Part shown: positions 60,608 to 64,000 of the stretch, in pieces
Layout: each line of letters begins with the position of its first letter
Position numbering within the stretch: the stretch's first letter is position 1
Assembly (NCBI GenBank): GCA_031289275.1
Contig: JAITPV010000047.1
Span: 13,321-77,320, forward strand
Reading direction: 5' to 3'
Origin: Tannerella sp.
GTDB lineage: Bacteria > Bacteroidota > Bacteroidia > Bacteroidales > Tannerellaceae
Length of the DNA: 64,000 nucleotides
Made by a program: the position numbers and the translations under genes
Notes under the pieces: generated by a model
Seen by the model: the letters and a program-made list of their open reading frames with translations, nothing else
What the model was told of the DNA's origin: nothing
Databases searched by the model: none

Positions 60608-61672
60608 ATGTCTGAGGAATTTAAATATGGAGGTGTTTCGGGAAATAAAGCAAGGCGGGCATTAGGCTTTATCATTGTTATAGCGCTTGTTATGAGCGGT
60701 TGCGGACGGCAAGGTTCAAAGACGCACGGCGCCAGTGAACGGTTTCCGTTGGGAGAGGTTGAACTGCCGGCGCTGAACGGATCGGCATGTGCAGCGCCTG
60801 CTTATATTGCGAAAGAGAAAGGTTTCTTTGAAGCCGAAGGACTTGATGTGACGCTCGTGACCGGCGACTTTGAGACGAGTAAGGCAGGATTGGCAAGCGG
60901 TAAGTTTCCCGTAGCCAATGGCGATTTCCAGTATTTCCCTTCGGTGAACGAGGGCTTAGACATCAAGATCATTGACGGCTTGCATCAGGGCTGTATCAAG
61001 TTGGTTGTTCCACCGAGTTCGACTATTCGGACGGCAAAGGACTTGGCCGGGCTACGCATCGGAGTAGATGAAATCGGCGGCTCGCCCATGGCTATTACGG
61101 CTGTGCTGCTGGCGAACAACGGCATTGACCCCGTGAGAGGCGTGACCTGGTTGCCTTTCCCCAAAGACCAGCTAATTACGGTGGCCGAGAAGGGTGAAGT
61201 GGACGCTGTCGCTTTATGGGATCCCTTCGGCAGCATAGCCGAGAAAAAAGGCTACCGTGTGATTTGCGACATCGGTACCCATCCGCTGTTTGCAGGCAAA
61301 TACTGCTGTTTCCTGTATGCCTCGCATAAGCAGATCAAGCAAAATCCCACACGTATAGCGGCCATCCTGAAAGCTTTCCATAAAGCAAGTGAGTGGATTG
61401 CCAAGAATCCTGCCGAAACGGCACGCATATCGGTGGCAAAAGGGTATATCGCCGCTGATGACACTGCCTTCGTCGGCGAGCTTATCGAAAGCTACAAGTA
61501 TCATGCCAAACATGATGCGAGCAACAAAAGTCAGGCAAAGACCGATGCTGTCTATTTCGTCAATGAACTGAAGAAGGCCGGTTTTTTGCCGGTGGAGATA
61601 GACACCGAGTCTTTTGTGGAAAACCTGTATTATGACATATTAGGCAGCCATTCAACGGCCGCCGGACAGTAA
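60608..61672 (+). CDS. NitT/TauT/SsuA-type ABC transporter substrate-binding lipoprotein
   Basis: Lipobox MSGC, AYIAKEKGFF..EGLDV, GEVDA...WDP. Confidence 0.88.
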   Translation: MSEEFKYGGVSGNKARRALGFIIVIALVMSGCGRQGSKTHGASERFPLGEVELPALNGSACAAPAYIAKEKGFFEAEGLDVTLVTGDFETSKAGLASGKFPVANGDFQYFPSVNEGLDIKIIDGLHQGCIKLVVPPSSTIRTAKDLAGLRIGVDEIGGSPMAITAVLLANNGIDPVRGVTWLPFPKDQLITVAEKGEVDAVALWDPFGSIAEKKGYRVICDIGTHPLFAGKYCCFLYASHKQIKQNPTRIAAILKAFHKASEWIAKNPAETARISVAKGYIAADDTAFVGELIESYKYHAKHDASNKSQAKTDAVYFVNELKKAGFLPVEIDTESFVENLYYDILGSHSTAAGQ

Positions 61673-61699
61673 AGCGTACATCAGTAAAGCGTAAACACA

Positions 61700-62665
61700 A
61701 TGCAAAACAAGGGTAACTATTGGAAGTCTCAATCCCGTTATAGATTACTGCCGGCTATCTTAGCCCTCGGTATCGCTTTTGGAGTGAACGTATGGACGCC
61801 CAATGTACAGGGCGTCTATACCGTTCCTTACCAAATCTTTCTGATCGGGTTTGCAGCGGTATTGGTTATCTTGTGGGTGGTATCGCTATTTGTGAGTACA
61901 TTCGGATTGAAACTGTATCATCAGGCGCAATTCATTACGGCAGTGGGCTTGGTATTGGCATTATGGGATTTACTGACAACCAAAAGCGCCATCATCCCCC
62001 TGCCCTTTTTTCCCGGTCCGGCACAGATTGTCGGCGTCATGTTCAGGGAAAGAGCGATGTTGTTGTTGAGTACGGCCTATTCCATGCGTCTGTTCTTTGC
62101 CGGACTGATCACCGGCACACTGTTGGGACTTGTTACCGGCATCCTGATCGGATGGTATCGAGAGTGGAACTACTGGCTGTTCCCTCTGATCAAGATCACG
62201 GGTGTGATTCCGGCCATCGCATGGATGCCGATTGCGATAGTTATCTTTCCCAATACGTTTATCACAGGTGTATTCCTGATCGCCATTGCCTCGTGGTTTT
62301 CCGTAGCTTTTATGGTTTCGACAGGCATTTCGTCCACTTCAAAGGCCTATTATGAAGTAGCCCGTACACTGGGAGCCAATGAAGCGTATTTACTGTTTCG
62401 GATCGCCATACCGAACGCCGTACCCAGTATATTTACCGGCATATCAACGGCAACAGGCTTATCATTTGTTACCCTGGTTGTATCCGAAATGATCGGTGCA
62501 AAGGCAGGTTTGGGATGGTACATCAACTGGGCAAAGGGCTGGTCGGCTTATGACAAGGTCTACGCATGTATCATCATCATGGGAGTATCCTTTTCTATTT
62601 TCCTGACCATTATAACACTGTGCAGGAACTATTTCCTGCGATGGCAAAAAGGAGTGGTATTATGA
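61700..62665 (+). CDS. NitT/TauT ABC transporter permease
   Basis: IPAIAWMP, EAA-like EVARTLGA, SEMIGAKAGLG. Confidence 0.9.
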   Translation: MQNKGNYWKSQSRYRLLPAILALGIAFGVNVWTPNVQGVYTVPYQIFLIGFAAVLVILWVVSLFVSTFGLKLYHQAQFITAVGLVLALWDLLTTKSAIIPLPFFPGPAQIVGVMFRERAMLLLSTAYSMRLFFAGLITGTLLGLVTGILIGWYREWNYWLFPLIKITGVIPAIAWMPIAIVIFPNTFITGVFLIAIASWFSVAFMVSTGISSTSKAYYEVARTLGANEAYLLFRIAIPNAVPSIFTGISTATGLSFVTLVVSEMIGAKAGLGWYINWAKGWSAYDKVYACIIIMGVSFSIFLTIITLCRNYFLRWQKGVVL

Positions 62666-63483
62666 ATAAAGAGATACCGAACAACGTACTCCGTCCCCCT
62701 GAAGGCGAATTGATAGAGGTGCGGCATGTGGAGCGTATTTATTATGACACAACCGGCCGGCAGACTATTGCCTTACAGGATGTCAACTTAGATATACGAC
62801 GTGGTGAATTTATCTCGTTTATCGGCCCCAGCGGTTGTGGAAAAACGACGTTGCTGCGCTTGATTGCCGGGCTTGACTTCCCACAGGGCGGTCGTCTGTC
62901 TATCGAAGGCAAGACGATCCGTAAACCGGGGCCTGACCGTGGCTTTGTCTTTCAGCAAGCCGCCCTCTTCCCGTGGAAGACCGTTGAAGGGAATATCGCC
63001 ATCGGACTGAAGGCCGGTAAAGTATATAAAGAAAAGAAAGTGAAGATCAAAGAATATATAGATATGATCGGACTTAGTGGCTTTGAAAAAGCCTACCCGC
63101 ATGAAATCTCAGGCGGAATGGCACAGCGTGTCGCCATAGCACGCGCCTTGATTAACGAGCCGAAAGTATTGCTGCTCGACGAACCCCTCGGTGCACTGGA
63201 CGCCTTTACGCGCATAGATTTGCAGGATACCCTCCGGCAGCTATGGAAGCAAACGCGGACGACCATCGCCCTGGTAACACATGACGTGGATGAGGCGCTG
63301 AGTCTCAGTAACCGGATTGCCATTATGACGTCACGACCCGGCCAAATCAGCGAAATCATTGAGGTGAAGATCGGAAATAAAAGTGACAGAAACGACGATA
63401 CCTTCATCTCACTGCGTAAACGAGTGTTGGAGAAACTGCATTTGGCAGGCCTGCACGCATCTCAATGGACATATACCGTTTGA
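62662..63483 (+). CDS. NitT/TauT ABC transporter ATPase
   Basis: GPSGCGKT, ISGGMAQR, LLLDEPLGALD, VTHD. Start overlaps the permease stop (ATGA). Confidence 0.93.
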   Translation: MNKEIPNNVLRPPEGELIEVRHVERIYYDTTGRQTIALQDVNLDIRRGEFISFIGPSGCGKTTLLRLIAGLDFPQGGRLSIEGKTIRKPGPDRGFVFQQAALFPWKTVEGNIAIGLKAGKVYKEKKVKIKEYIDMIGLSGFEKAYPHEISGGMAQRVAIARALINEPKVLLLDEPLGALDAFTRIDLQDTLRQLWKQTRTTIALVTHDVDEALSLSNRIAIMTSRPGQISEIIEVKIGNKSDRNDDTFISLRKRVLEKLHLAGLHASQWTYTV

Positions 63484-63729
63484 AGAATGATTAATGATTG
63501 ATTCTTATGAAAAAGAAGAAAGAATACATACACTTGGGATTCTTGAAAAGTAGCCTCTGTTGCACGTTTGTTGAGACACGTGGTGCGATAAAATCACCCA
63601 CGGATGGACGTTTCACCATCTCCCTCTAAAGAAACAAAAACAACGTATTACAAAAAAGAGCGCCCTCTCAGACCGGTAGCAATGGACATTGAGGACGCTC
63701 AGGTACTAAAAATAAAAATATTAATAGAC

Positions 63730-64000
63730 ATGACAAAATTACTGCTTTTTTTTCATTCACGTGCACGTTTTCGCATAAGAATGATTATTTTTCTTTGCAT
63801 CGCCTTTGCGACGGCAACTTTTGCACAAAACAACGTCAACATAGAGGGGCGCGTTTTGGATAACCAAACGCATGAACCCTTACCCGGCGTCAGTGTTTTA
63901 GCGCTCGATACCCAACAGGGCACCGTATCGGATGCCAATGGCGTCTTTACACTCCAGGTCCAATCTTTTCCCTTAACCATTTGGTTAAGCTATTTGGGCT
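63730..64000 (+). CDS. TonB-dependent receptor (SusC-like), N-terminal part, truncated by the window
   Basis: Manual translation: signal peptide then IEGRVLDNQTHEPLPGVSV...GTVSDANGVFTL...SYLG (CarboxypepD_reg-like). Confidence 0.85.
   Translation, partial: MTKLLLFFHSRARFRIRMIIFLCIAFATATFAQNNVNIEGRVLDNQTHEPLPGVSVLALDTQQGTVSDANGVFTLQVQSFPLTIWLSYLG

Overview
Bacterial chromosomal segment from a Bacteroidales organism. This rests on TAnnTTTG promoters, a T9SS cargo protein, GldE/GldD, a Pgm6/7-type OmpA and succinyl-type ArgF'; a Tannerellaceae/Parabacteroides-like host, possibly a gut symbiont, is my inference. The backbone is mostly housekeeping: wza/chain-length/wzx, cvfB, serpin, rsmD, recD-like helicase, rsmI, proBA-argF', a hexuronate operon (kduI-DUF4861-kdgK-kduD-exuT), rfbA, ompA, acetate-CoA ligase, RNase E/G, bS22, HU, mutY, ssb, a gldE-gldD fusion, ftsK-lolA-trxB, a NitT/TauT-type ABC transporter and the start of a TonB-dependent receptor. 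The most striking unexplained structure is four different tandem arrays of 21-23 bp period, all built from 14-bp quasi-palindromic cores with GTT/AAC arms. Two of them sit directly upstream of two paralogous, uncharacterised ~220-aa genes (4882-5535 and 59343-60026), which suggests a repeat-array-plus-cognate-gene module. A second unusual locus (21.8-31 kb) runs promoter, (CA)32-containing leader ORF, HU-like gene, array, REP/MITE mosaic, then a 2333-aa T9SS surface protein. No CRISPR-Cas, reverse transcriptase, integrase, transposase, tRNA or rRNA was recognised. All product calls come from motif recognition only, with no database searches.
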